DNA of 46,501 nt, from assembly GCA_009887255.1 (NCBI GenBank), contig QXXW01000030.1:1-46501 (forward strand). Reading direction: 5' to 3'. Shown here piece after piece: positions 8,182-17,096 of this stretch. Positions within the stretch are counted from its first letter, which is position 1. Every line of letters begins with the position of its first letter. A program made the translations under genes and the position numbers. Below the pieces are notes generated by a model, which was not told the origin of the DNA, did not search any database, and saw only the letters and a list, made by a program, of their open reading frames with translations. The DNA comes from Candidatus Poseidoniales archaeon (GTDB lineage Archaea > Thermoplasmatota > Poseidoniia > Poseidoniales > Poseidoniaceae).

Positions 8182-9097
8182 GGCTTTCTCTCAGCAAAGC
8201 CATCAAGGCCTCTTCAATATCAAGTGTCCCCAAGGTCAAGGCGTCCAGCGTGGAGTTGTAAGCGTGGTGGCTGGTCAGCCGACGCTCAAGTGAGGCGTGA
8301 AGCCGTTCTCGCATTTTGGCCCGAACAGAACGGCCTGATGAGGATAGATTCAGCAGAGCGTGCGCCGCTTCATCCACGCCTGTTCCTCTGAGTCCAGACA
8401 CCAACCTGACGTCTGGAGCCTCGTTGTTGAGGGCAAAGGATTCCTCCAATTCACTGGCGTGTCGCATGGCTCCCTCGAGGTCTGATTTGTTCACCAGCAC
8501 CAGATCTGCCAACTCGAGCAGTCCAGCCTTTTCGGCTTGAATACCATCGCCACGAGCAGGGCCCTCCACCACAACGATTCGATCGGCCACGGCGGCGCAT
8601 CGGAGTTCAGATTGACCTGCGCCCACGGTTTCGATCATCACGCGTTCCCATCCACAACCCAAGAGGTAGGTCGCCATGTCCCCCACGACAAGTGGCACAG
8701 ACCCAATCGCCTTTCTTGTGGCCACGGAACGAACGTAAACTCGGTTGCTCAACGACGGGTCGTCAACCGTGGTCATCCGCACCCTGTCTCCAAGGAGAGC
8801 ACCACCCGTTCGAGGTGAGCTTGGGTCCACGGCGAGAAGAGCCGTGGTTCGACCTTCGGTCGCCCAGCGATGCATGATGGCATCAACAAGGACGGATTTA
8901 CCAACACCCGGCGCTCCCGTGATGGCCAACACCTTCCATTCGGGTTCGGGCAACGGCGTTTCAACCAAGTCCGCGACGTCTACCTTGCCGGCTTCAATGG
9001 CGGTCAACATTCGAGCAAGTGCTCGTCTGTCGCCGTTCATGGCCTGTTGATGCAAGGTCTCCATGGAACCACCTAAGCACTGGATTCCCAAGACCAT
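8165..9097 (-). CDS. meaB: methylmalonyl-CoA mutase-associated G3E GTPase MeaB/ArgK
   Basis: P-loop GAPGVGKS and the NKxD-like LVNKSD. It is adjacent to the B12-binding MCM subunit. The likely true start is the ATG at 9064 (METLHQQ), which avoids overlap with the upstream stop. Confidence 0.8.
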   Translation of the reverse strand: MVLGIQCLGGSMETLHQQAMNGDRRALARMLTAIEAGKVDVADLVETPLPEPEWKVLAITGAPGVGKSVLVDAIMHRWATEGRTTALLAVDPSSPRTGGALLGDRVRMTTVDDPSLSNRVYVRSVATRKAIGSVPLVVGDMATYLLGCGWERVMIETVGAGQSELRCAAVADRIVVVEGPARGDGIQAEKAGLLELADLVLVNKSDLEGAMRHASELEESFALNNEAPDVRLVSGLRGTGVDEAAHALLNLSSSGRSVRAKMRERLHASLERRLTSHHAYNSTLDALTLGTLDIEEALMALLRESHERSS

Positions 9098-9519
9098 GTG
9101 CCGCTCTGCCCGACACCCACATCGTCCTTGTTGTGGGCCGTGTTGATGAAGTCAAGAATCTCGGATGTGGGGGTTCCCGGACCAAAAATGGCTCGAATGC
9201 CGGCTTCATGAAGCGCCGGGCGGTCGTCTTCAGGAATGATGCCACCTCCGAACACGACCACATCGTGTAGTCCTTCTTCAACGAGTTTCTTGCAAACTTG
9301 GGGGAACAAATGGGCGTGAGCACCCGAGAGAGAGGAGAGGCCAAGGAAGCGCGCGTCTTCATCCCTCACCGTTTCCACGATTTGTTGCGAGGTGCGCCTC
9401 AATCCCGTGTAAATCACTTCATGCCCGGCATCACGGAGGGCGCGTGCGACAACTTTTGCGCCTCGGTCGTGCCCGTCCAAACCGGGCTTGGCGACAACAA
9501 TACGTAGCGGGTGGTCCAT
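9073..9519 (-). CDS. methylmalonyl-CoA mutase small subunit (cobalamin-binding domain)
   Basis: [39 protein letters not shown] contains the DxHxxG B12-binding signature and is followed by GGGIIP. I trimmed the 300-aa track ORF to the ATG at 9519; the upstream part is antisense to pccB. Confidence 0.85.
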   Translation of the reverse strand: MDHPLRIVVAKPGLDGHDRGAKVVARALRDAGHEVIYTGLRRTSQQIVETVRDEDARFLGLSSLSGAHAHLFPQVCKKLVEEGLHDVVVFGGGIIPEDDRPALHEAGIRAIFGPGTPTSEILDFINTAHNKDDVGVGQSGTWSWESSA

Positions 9520-9654
9520 GGTTCCAGCACATGTCTCCACCCTATCAACCACACCCTTTGCCGGTGTGGAATGCCTGCGATTGTCGTCGTTGAGCAGGAA
9601 TGTGGACAGCAACGCATAAGGGCGGCGTGCAAGGAAGGAGGCTCGGGGAACACC

Positions 9655-11208
9655 ATGTCGAGCACACAGGACCGCCTCAAGGACTTGAGAAACCGAAAGT
9701 CCCGCAGCGAAGCGGGTGGCGGACAAGCCCGGGTGGAGGCTCAACACAACCGTGGTAAGCTCACGGCCCGTGAGCGCATCGAACTGCTGCTTGACGACGG
9801 CTCGTTTCAAGAAATCGATGCACTCGTTGAACATCGATGTCGAGACTTCGACATGGACAAAAACGTCATTCCCGGTGACGGGGTCGTCACCGGCCACGGC
9901 ACCATCAACGGCCGCGAAGTGTTTGCATTTGCACAAGATTTCACGGTGTACGGAGGTTCTTTGGGAGAAATGCACGGTTTGAAGATTTGCAAAGTGTTGG
10001 ACATGGCACTCAAAACCGGACGACCAGTGATTGGCATGAACGATTCCGGTGGTGCCCGGATCCAGGAAGGGGTCGCATCGTTGGGGTCCTATGCTGAAAT
10101 TTTCTTCCGCAACGTTCGTGCGTCAGGTGTCGTCCCCCAAATCTCCGTGATTATGGGGCCTTGTGCTGGCGGTGCTGTTTATTCTCCAGCCATCACGGAT
10201 TTTGTCATCATGGTCGACCAGACCGCTCATATGTTCATCACTGGGCCCGAGGTCATCAAAACCGTGACCAACGAAGTGGTGAGTTTCGAAGATTTGGGCG
10301 GCGCATTTACACACGGCTCCAAGTCCGGTGTTTCTCACTTTACGGCAAGCGACGACGAACATGCCATCCAATTGGCACGAGATCTCACAGATTTGCTGCC
10401 GCAAAACAACCTCGAACGCCCACCAATGAAGCAGACCTCAGACAGCAAAGACCGGCTGTGCGACGCTTTGGATTCCGTCATTCCCGAAGATGCTTCCAAA
10501 CCTTACGATGTTGTTGATGTCATCACGGACGTCCTTGACGACGGCGGTTTCCTTGAAGTTCAAGCCGAATGGGCGCAGAACATCGTGGTCGGATTCGGGC
10601 ACTTGGGAGGTCAAACTGTAGGCGTGGTGGCCAACCAACCCAAGGTGCTGGCTGGGTGCCTCGACATTGATGCCAGCGACAAAGCGGCTCGGTTTGTGCG
10701 GTTCTGCGATGCGTTCAACATTCCGTTGCTCACCTTTGAAGACGTACCCGGTTTCCTGCCGGGGACCAATCAAGAATGGGGAGGCATCATCCGACACGGA
10801 GCCAAGTTGTTGTATGCCTTTGCCGAAGCAACCGTCCCAAAACTCACGGTCGTCATGCGCAAAGCCTACGGTGGTGCCTACGATGTGATGTCGAGCAAGC
10901 ACATCCGTGGGGATTACAATGTGGCTTGGCCATCTGCTGAATTGGCTGTGATGGGGGCTGACGGTGCGGTCGAGATCATTCATCGCCGCCGGATTGCATC
11001 GGCCCGCAACCCTGAGGAAGAACGGGTCCGTCTTACTGAAGATTTCAAGGAAAAGTTCGCCAATCCATACAAAGCAGCAGCCATGGGGTACTTGGACGAC
11101 GTGATTGAGCCGAATCAAACCCGCCAACGTCTGTGCAGGGCGTTGGACATGCTACTGGACAAAGAAGAACTGCGACCCGCCCGCAAACACGGCAACATTC
11201 CCTTGTGA
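9655..11208 (+). CDS. pccB: propionyl-CoA carboxylase beta subunit / methylmalonyl-CoA carboxyltransferase
   Basis: It is typical of the carboxyltransferase family throughout ([54 protein letters not shown]). The ATG at 9655 is preceded by GGAGG. Confidence 0.85.
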   Translation: MSSTQDRLKDLRNRKSRSEAGGGQARVEAQHNRGKLTARERIELLLDDGSFQEIDALVEHRCRDFDMDKNVIPGDGVVTGHGTINGREVFAFAQDFTVYGGSLGEMHGLKICKVLDMALKTGRPVIGMNDSGGARIQEGVASLGSYAEIFFRNVRASGVVPQISVIMGPCAGGAVYSPAITDFVIMVDQTAHMFITGPEVIKTVTNEVVSFEDLGGAFTHGSKSGVSHFTASDDEHAIQLARDLTDLLPQNNLERPPMKQTSDSKDRLCDALDSVIPEDASKPYDVVDVITDVLDDGGFLEVQAEWAQNIVVGFGHLGGQTVGVVANQPKVLAGCLDIDASDKAARFVRFCDAFNIPLLTFEDVPGFLPGTNQEWGGIIRHGAKLLYAFAEATVPKLTVVMRKAYGGAYDVMSSKHIRGDYNVAWPSAELAVMGADGAVEIIHRRRIASARNPEEERVRLTEDFKEKFANPYKAAAMGYLDDVIEPNQTRQRLCRALDMLLDKEELRPARKHGNIPL

Positions 11209-11217
11209 GGTGAGTTC

Positions 11218-11409
11218 ATGACAAACCCCAGCAACGAACGCAGAATTGCCGCCATCATGGCGGTTTTGGTGCAGGTCCGTTCTCAGGGCGACGACGAATC
11301 GAACAAAGCACGCCAGCTCGGTGCTGCTTGGTCCCAAGACCATCGCCGCATGATGACGGGTCAGGCTTCGCTCATGCACGCTCGAGCATCCCGCTCACCA
11401 TGGAGGTGA
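11218..11409 (+). CDS. acyl-CoA carboxylase epsilon-like small subunit (tentative)
   Basis: 63-aa ORF wedged between the carboxyltransferase and BCCP genes. The pattern RRIAAIMAVLVQVR ... AAW ... SPWR resembles actinobacterial ACC-epsilon peptides. Confidence 0.4.
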   Translation: MTNPSNERRIAAIMAVLVQVRSQGDDESNKARQLGAAWSQDHRRMMTGQASLMHARASRSPWR

Positions 11410-11413
11410 ACCC

Positions 11414-11824
11414 TTGACCGAAACACACACGATCAAAGTAAACGGCACGGAATACGTTGTTGAACTCGAATCCGAGGGTTCGGTGTGGACGGCCACCGTG
11501 GAGGGTGAAGTGTTTGAAATTGAAGTCCCCAACGCTGCACCTGTGGCGAAAGCCAAGCGTTCAGGTGGGCGAAAGAAGAAGAAATCCGGAACCGTTTCTG
11601 CCAACATTCCAGGAAAGGTGGTCACCGTTGAGGTTGAAGAAGGCCAACATGTCACGGAGGGCCAAGTCGTCCTCATTCTTGAGGCCATGAAAATGCAAAA
11701 CGAAATCCAGGCGCCTGTGACGGGAACAGTCGTTGCCGTTCAGTGTTCAGAAGGTGAAGCAATTGAAGCCAACGTCCCGTTGGTGGTTATCGAACCTGAG
11801 GTCACGGACGAAGACGGGGCTTGA
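11414..11824 (+). CDS. biotin carboxyl carrier protein (biotinyl domain)
   Basis: Biotin attachment motif EAMKMQNEI within a lipoyl/biotinyl fold. A Lys-rich linker RSGGRKKKKSG is present. The start codon is TTG. Confidence 0.8.
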   Translation: MTETHTIKVNGTEYVVELESEGSVWTATVEGEVFEIEVPNAAPVAKAKRSGGRKKKKSGTVSANIPGKVVTVEVEEGQHVTEGQVVLILEAMKMQNEIQAPVTGTVVAVQCSEGEAIEANVPLVVIEPEVTDEDGA

Positions 11825-11851
11825 CCAAGAGTTCATGTATCTTGAACAGGA

Positions 11852-12100
11852 GTGAGAGGTGTGAGCGAATCCCCAGTGTGCGACCTTCCCGGCTGTGAAT
11901 CTGAGGGAGTCATCGTTTCCCGATTGTCCCCAGAAGGCTTCTTGGTTGCAACAGGCAAGAAGGCGTATTCATTCAGAGAAGCATATCGTCGGTTTCACTA
12001 CTGCCAACGACACCATGACGAACTCATGGGTGGTGTTTGGTCTCGAGTTCGACAACCCGAAGACAAAAGCGACGGTCATGTTGCGCCAACCGCAATTTAG
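11852..12100 (+). CDS. hypothetical small Cys/His-containing protein
   Basis: 82-aa GTG-start ORF in the gap before the giant surface-protein gene. It has no recognisable motif beyond C..C...C..HH spacing. Confidence 0.25.
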   Translation: MRGVSESPVCDLPGCESEGVIVSRLSPEGFLVATGKKAYSFREAYRRFHYCQRHHDELMGGVWSRVRQPEDKSDGHVAPTAI

Positions 12101-12138
12101 CGGTAGGTATCATATACCATCGGACACCTCATGGAAAC

Positions 12139-15100
12139 ATGAGTAATGAGCACAAAGAGCGTTTCTCTAGTCTTTCCCTCGCCACGATACTGTTGCTCTC
12201 CGTCATTGGGGCAGCGTTGGTTCCCTCAGTCACGGCTGTAGGTCCCAATCAAAACGACTTGAATTCTGGCGGAGATTTGCCCGACAACACCTCAGTAAGC
12301 ATCACAAACTACATTTTTTCAGGATCCTTCACCGGCACCGGTGATCTCGATTACGGTGACGATGTTGACATTCTTCGTGTGAACTTGAACACCAACGAAG
12401 GGCTTTCAGCTACGCTTTCTTTTCCTCCATCGACCACATTCAGCAACGGGACGACGGTGACCAACGACTTTGACTTGTTCTTCACCGATGGGAACCAAAC
12501 CTTGCTCGGCTCCTCGTTCATGAGCAACCCAGAATTCCTCTCCACCAACACCACCGGTGGAGCGGGCACCATGATCTACATCAACATTGAACGGTATTTG
12601 GGGTCAGGGTCATGGACGCTTAACCTGCACAGGTTCGCCGTAAGCAGTACGGGAAACGGCACGGGTGGTGGAACCTCAATCGGGAGTTTACCCCCTTCCC
12701 CATGCACGGGGAACGGCACGACATCATCCGACATTCTCGAACCCAACGACAGCACCGCCACGGCCACATTGGCGTCCACTTTGCCCCTTTCTTGCACGGG
12801 TTTGAGCATTGACTCATCCACCGATACAGACTTCTTTGAAATCGTCATGCAATCAGGCGTGACATACTATGTCAACGTCAGTTTCACTCACACCAACGGT
12901 GACATCGATGTTGGCTGGGATTCTTCAAGCGGTTCATGGTTGACCAGTTCGGGAGGGACCTCAAACCTTGAATCCATGCAGTATTCATCGACGACAAACC
13001 AAACAACCTATGTTGACGTGTACGGTTACAGCGGTGCTGTCAACACCTACGACATCGAAATCAGTACCGACCTTCCCGGGGGCGGTCAAACCTATCAACT
13101 CATCCAAACGACTTCAGTGACCGACACCACCACCGCCTTGTCCATGTCCAGTTTGAGCAACGGGTCATCGTACACCTACGACGTGACCCTGTCCCAACAA
13201 GGGCTCAACGGGACATGGGTGACCCTGACCACAACAACATCGTCAACGTTCATCGCCTCTGGTACAGGGTACAATGCCACGGTGACTCACTCAGCACCAA
13301 GCCTGGTCGAATCAGAAGTGTGCGTGACTGGGAGCCTTTACGATGGCAACGGGACCTTCTTGGTCTCCTCGGTTGATTGCTACGAAATCGAAGTGCTCGA
13401 GATTGCCACCACATCATCAACGACCGGAACAATTGAGGCCACAAACCTCAGCAGTGGTACCGCCTTGACCCTTCGATGGATGGTGTTCCATTCGGACGAC
13501 TTCAGCGATTCGATGATGACCAATTTTGACGTTGAGATGGCCCTCAATGATTCCATCGTGGACGAAGACACCATCAATTTCACATCATCCTCAGCCACCC
13601 AATCGTGGTCGGTGAATTGGACCGGCATCACCACCATGGACGATCACACCTTCGTGGCCTTGCTCTCACCGCAAAACGCCATGGTGAACCTCACAACATT
13701 TGACGGGTTCATCGGGGTTCACGACGAAGAATTTACACCACAACTTCCAGGTTTGGTCATCACGTCTGTAACATCGAGCCCCACCTCAGCCACCAACGAT
13801 GTGGCATTGGAAGGGTTGGACCTCGTGAGCGGTGATGATTACCGTTACCGTGTTCGGTTGACGGACAACGGAGGGGCAACGCTTCAGGTTTCCAATTTGA
13901 CAAACATCACCGCTACAGCGCAGAACATGACGTTGTCAACTTGGTCGTTTTTGACCCCAACTTCCAGCGGAAATTATTGTGCCATCGCCGATTTGTTCAC
14001 CGATAACATGGTGCAGATGATTGGTGACACACAATGCTTCCAATTGGTGCTCGACGACGACAACGATGGTGTGGCCAACGAACTTGACCTGTGCGCCAAC
14101 ACCCCGGTCTCGTCCATGGTGGATGCCAATGGATGTGCCCTCTCGCAAAAGGATTCAGACAACGACGGTCACAACGACGATGTGGATGCGTTCCCTCAGG
14201 ACGGGACCCAATGGTCCGACATGGACGGTGACGGTTACGGAGACAACACAACCGGCAACATGGCCGATGCCTTCCCCAGCGATGGCACGCAATGGTTGGA
14301 TGCTGACGGTGATGGTTACGGAGACAACGCCAACGGAACTGCTCCAGATGCATTCCCTCAAGACGCCACACAGTGGTCCGATGTTGATGGGGACGGCTAC
14401 GGTGACAACCCCAATGGAAACTACCCTGATGCTTGGCCAAACGATGGAACGCAGTGGGAAGACATTGACGGGGACGGTTACGGCGACAACCCAACCGGAA
14501 CCAACGGCGACGCTTTCCCCAACGATTCGACCCAGTGGTCCGACATTGACGGTGACGGTTACGGTGACAACGCCAACGGCAACGATCCCGATGCATTCCA
14601 AACCGACAGCACGCAATGGGTCGATGCTGACGGTGACGGGTACGGTGACAACGCCAACGGCAACAACGGTGACAAGTTCCCCACCGACGCAACCCAATGG
14701 TACGACGCTGATGATGACGGTTACGGCGACAATCAGGCCGGCAACGAACCCGATGCCTTCCCCAACGATTCAACCCAATGGTCCGACGATGATGGTGACG
14801 GATACGGCGACAACGCTGCGGGGCTCAACCCTGACGCCTTCCCTTCCGATGGTACACAGTGGGTCGACGCTGATGGCGACGGCTACGGTGACAACCCCAA
14901 CGGCAACGACCCCGACCTTTGCTCTGGCACCCCTCCAGGTGAGGCGGTTGACAGCAACGGGTGTGCTGCTTCGCAACTCGATGAAGACATGGACGGTGTG
15001 CCGGACAGTCTTGACGCTTGTCAGGGCACACCTGCGGGAGAATCGGTGGACGCCGTCGGTTGCTCAGGAAGTCAAGAAGACGGCGACAGCGACGGTGTCA

Positions 15101-16227
15101 TGGATGCGTTTGACGCCTGCCCTGGCACCAGCCTTGGCAGTGTGGTTGATGCAGGCGGTTGCGCCCTGTACCAGTTGGACACCGACGGCGACAGCATCAT
15201 GGACAACATGGACCAGTGCCCCACCACCTCAGCGGGCAACATCGTCAACGGCGTTGGTTGTGCTGCACACGAACGCGACACCGACGATGACGGCGTGAAC
15301 GACGCCAACGATGTCTGCGACGGCACGTCAACAGCCGAGGAAGCCGATTCCTTGGGCTGTGGACCTTCGCAACGGGACACCGATGGCGACCTGATCAACG
15401 ATCAACTCGATGTGTGCCCTGGGACGGACAATGAAGCCACAGTGGACATTGCAGGCTGTGCTGACAATCAGCTTGACGACGACACCGACGGCATTCCAAA
15501 CAGCGAAGATTTGTGTCGCATCACGCCCGTCACCGAACAGGCTGACCAAATCGGTTGCTCTCCTTCTCAGAAGGACGAGGACAACGATGACATCTCCGAC
15601 GCGCAGGACCTGTGCCCCGACACGACCCCGGGTCAATCGGTGGATTTGGACGGTTGTGCCGACAGGCAACGGGACTCCGATGCAGACGGCATCAAGGATC
15701 ATATCGACACCTGCATCAACACCCTTGAAGGCCAACTTGTGGACGAGGAAGGCTGCGCTTTGGCACAACGCGATTCAGATGGTGACGGAGTCAACGATGC
15801 AGAAGACGCCTTCAAGTTTGATGCCAACGAATCGGTTGACACCGACGGCGACGGCGTTGCCGACCGGTACGACGATTATCCCGAAGATGCATCTCGTTCG
15901 CAGACCGTGATTGACGAGGGTGGAAACGGGATGGTTTACGCTGTCCTTGCCCTGGCCGTGTTGGCCATCATCGGCGGCGGTGGGTTTGCAGTGATGCGAA
16001 AGCAAGACTCAGCTTTGGTTTCTTCATTCAGCGAACCCATGGGGCACATGGACATGGTTACTGAACATCACATGGCTGGTGAAGACAAGGCGCTCCCTTC
16101 CCTCGAGGACGCTACTCAACACGCTCAGCAATGGGAAGAAGACGGGGTTCATTGGTCTCAGGACGATGAAGGCAACCTGTCGTATTACGACGAAGGGGCC
16201 GAAGCATGGATGCCCTATCAGCAGTGA
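12139..16227 (+). CDS. giant acidic Ca-binding surface protein: signal peptide, two PPC-like (pre-peptidase C-terminal) domains, Thr/Ser-rich region, thrombospondin type-3-like repeat arrays, C-terminal TM anchor and short cytoplasmic tail
   Basis: The ATG at 12139 gives MSNEHKERFSSLSLATILLLSVIGAALVPSVTA. A PPC-like segment is present (ILEPNDSTATA..DTDFFEI..GDIDV..YDIEIS). There are nine 27-aa DAFPxDxTQWxDxDGDGYGDN units, and ten 33-aa DxCxGTxxGxxVDxxGCxxxQxDxDxDGxxDxx units in total: one at 14086..14184 plus the nine-unit array. A TM helix MVYAVLALAVLAIIGGGGFAV is followed by MRKQ. Confidence 0.8.
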   Translation: MSNEHKERFSSLSLATILLLSVIGAALVPSVTAVGPNQNDLNSGGDLPDNTSVSITNYIFSGSFTGTGDLDYGDDVDILRVNLNTNEGLSATLSFPPSTTFSNGTTVTNDFDLFFTDGNQTLLGSSFMSNPEFLSTNTTGGAGTMIYINIERYLGSGSWTLNLHRFAVSSTGNGTGGGTSIGSLPPSPCTGNGTTSSDILEPNDSTATATLASTLPLSCTGLSIDSSTDTDFFEIVMQSGVTYYVNVSFTHTNGDIDVGWDSSSGSWLTSSGGTSNLESMQYSSTTNQTTYVDVYGYSGAVNTYDIEISTDLPGGGQTYQLIQTTSVTDTTTALSMSSLSNGSSYTYDVTLSQQGLNGTWVTLTTTTSSTFIASGTGYNATVTHSAPSLVESEVCVTGSLYDGNGTFLVSSVDCYEIEVLEIATTSSTTGTIEATNLSSGTALTLRWMVFHSDDFSDSMMTNFDVEMALNDSIVDEDTINFTSSSATQSWSVNWTGITTMDDHTFVALLSPQNAMVNLTTFDGFIGVHDEEFTPQLPGLVITSVTSSPTSATNDVALEGLDLVSGDDYRYRVRLTDNGGATLQVSNLTNITATAQNMTLSTWSFLTPTSSGNYCAIADLFTDNMVQMIGDTQCFQLVLDDDNDGVANELDLCANTPVSSMVDANGCALSQKDSDNDGHNDDVDAFPQDGTQWSDMDGDGYGDNTTGNMADAFPSDGTQWLDADGDGYGDNANGTAPDAFPQDATQWSDVDGDGYGDNPNGNYPDAWPNDGTQWEDIDGDGYGDNPTGTNGDAFPNDSTQWSDIDGDGYGDNANGNDPDAFQTDSTQWVDADGDGYGDNANGNNGDKFPTDATQWYDADDDGYGDNQAGNEPDAFPNDSTQWSDDDGDGYGDNAAGLNPDAFPSDGTQWVDADGDGYGDNPNGNDPDLCSGTPPGEAVDSNGCAASQLDEDMDGVPDSLDACQGTPAGESVDAVGCSGSQEDGDSDGVMDAFDACPGTSLGSVVDAGGCALYQLDTDGDSIMDNMDQCPTTSAGNIVNGVGCAAHERDTDDDGVNDANDVCDGTSTAEEADSLGCGPSQRDTDGDLINDQLDVCPGTDNEATVDIAGCADNQLDDDTDGIPNSEDLCRITPVTEQADQIGCSPSQKDEDNDDISDAQDLCPDTTPGQSVDLDGCADRQRDSDADGIKDHIDTCINTLEGQLVDEEGCALAQRDSDGDGVNDAEDAFKFDANESVDTDGDGVADRYDDYPEDASRSQTVIDEGGNGMVYAVLALAVLAIIGGGGFAVMRKQDSALVSSFSEPMGHMDMVTEHHMAGEDKALPSLEDATQHAQQWEEDGVHWSQDDEGNLSYYDEGAEAWMPYQQ
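14185..14913 (+). repeat. in-frame tandem array, 9 x 81 nt (27-aa DAFPxDxTQWxDxDGDGYGDNxxGxxP units)
   Basis: I counted units directly from the translation. The boundaries were verified against the DNA: GAT at 14185 and CCC ending at 14913. Confidence 0.9.
14914..15804 (+). repeat. in-frame tandem array, 9 x 99 nt (33-aa two-Cys thrombospondin-type-3-like units); one further unit lies at 14086..14184, upstream of the 81-nt array
   Basis: Each unit was counted as exactly 33 aa (DLCSGT.., DACQGT.., DACPGT.., DQCPTT.., DVCDGT.., DVCPGT.., DLCRIT.., DLCPDT.., DTCINT..). The end was verified at the GAA codon ending at 15804. Confidence 0.9.
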
Positions 16228-16427
16228 TCTCTCGAGGTTGATTGCCCACCCGTCTGCCGAACTGTGGCGACCGGCTCGTCCTCCTCTTCGCCCAAGAGCG
16301 ACCGTTCTGATGAAGTTCACCACGTGTGAAGCGGGCGTGGATGATGGTTACTCAAAGCGACATGGCGAACATCCATTCCCGTATGGGCGAGCAACATCTT
16401 CAAACATGCCTTTGCAATGCAACCACC

Positions 16428-17012
16428 ATGGGCGTGATTCGAGGCTTACTCATGCTCACCGTGCTGTTGGCCAACGTTTTGGCCGGTTGCTTATTCGTGG
16501 ATGAGAGCACCTTGGAAACAACTGAACCAGAAGCCACAGACTGCACCGATTCTTCAACCGTAGAGTGGAGCGTCACCTGTACCTTCCCAACCTTCGAATT
16601 GATTGATTCGGATGGAAACAACCACTCGGTTCTTTCAGCGAACGGTACTGGCCGATGGATTGCCTATGTCTCTGCGTATTGGTGCACCCATTGCCAACCA
16701 ACCTTGGATGCCTTGGACCGTGCAGTGGAACCCGGGCGCTTGTTGGTTATGAACAAAGACCCGACCGACGACAACATGTCCGCCTGGAAGGCTCACATGG
16801 AGGAAGAGATCAACCGGACATTGGATCGACCGTTTTTACACGCTCCCGACGTCACCAACTTGCTGGGTGTGGAGGGCGTTCCCCACGTTGTTCTTGTGGA
16901 AAACCTCACGATTGTAGCGGTTCGAGTTGGACTTTGGGACAATCCTGAAGGGGTGGAACAGTGGTTCCATTCAGAACAACCCGTCTCAGGGTATTCTTCT
17001 CAACTTGAATGA
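16428..17012 (+). CDS. TlpA/redoxin-like thiol:disulfide oxidoreductase, probable lipoprotein
   Basis: Thioredoxin-fold active site YWCTHCQP. The leader MGVIRGLLMLTVLLANVLAGC has a lipobox-like LAGC. I trimmed the track ORF 16326 to the ATG at 16428. Confidence 0.65.
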   Translation: MGVIRGLLMLTVLLANVLAGCLFVDESTLETTEPEATDCTDSSTVEWSVTCTFPTFELIDSDGNNHSVLSANGTGRWIAYVSAYWCTHCQPTLDALDRAVEPGRLLVMNKDPTDDNMSAWKAHMEEEINRTLDRPFLHAPDVTNLLGVEGVPHVVLVENLTIVAVRVGLWDNPEGVEQWFHSEQPVSGYSSQLE

Positions 17013-17096
17013 GCACGACTTGCCATGTATGGCTCGCATTCCCAACTGGTTCTGAAGGTTCCACATCAACACCGTTCAGGGGTTGATTGAAGGCAT

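Noticed and set aside
9520-9975. Upstream extension of ORF 9073..9975 (-), and the 9511..9654 extension of the pccB ORF (+).
   Set aside because: The B12-domain protein starts naturally at [20 protein letters not shown] (9519), and the carboxyltransferase starts at the ATG at 9655 with an upstream GGAGG. The extensions overlap each other or the opposite gene and add non-homologous sequence.
13997-15298. Long ORFs on both strands (13997..14773 -, 14155..14697 -, 14021..15298 +) overlapping the giant surface-protein gene.
   Set aside because: They lie entirely inside the GAY/GGY-rich tandem repeats, which lack stop codons in several frames. Their translations are low-complexity (R/H/C- or T/P-rich) with no start context. 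I treat them as repeat artefacts.
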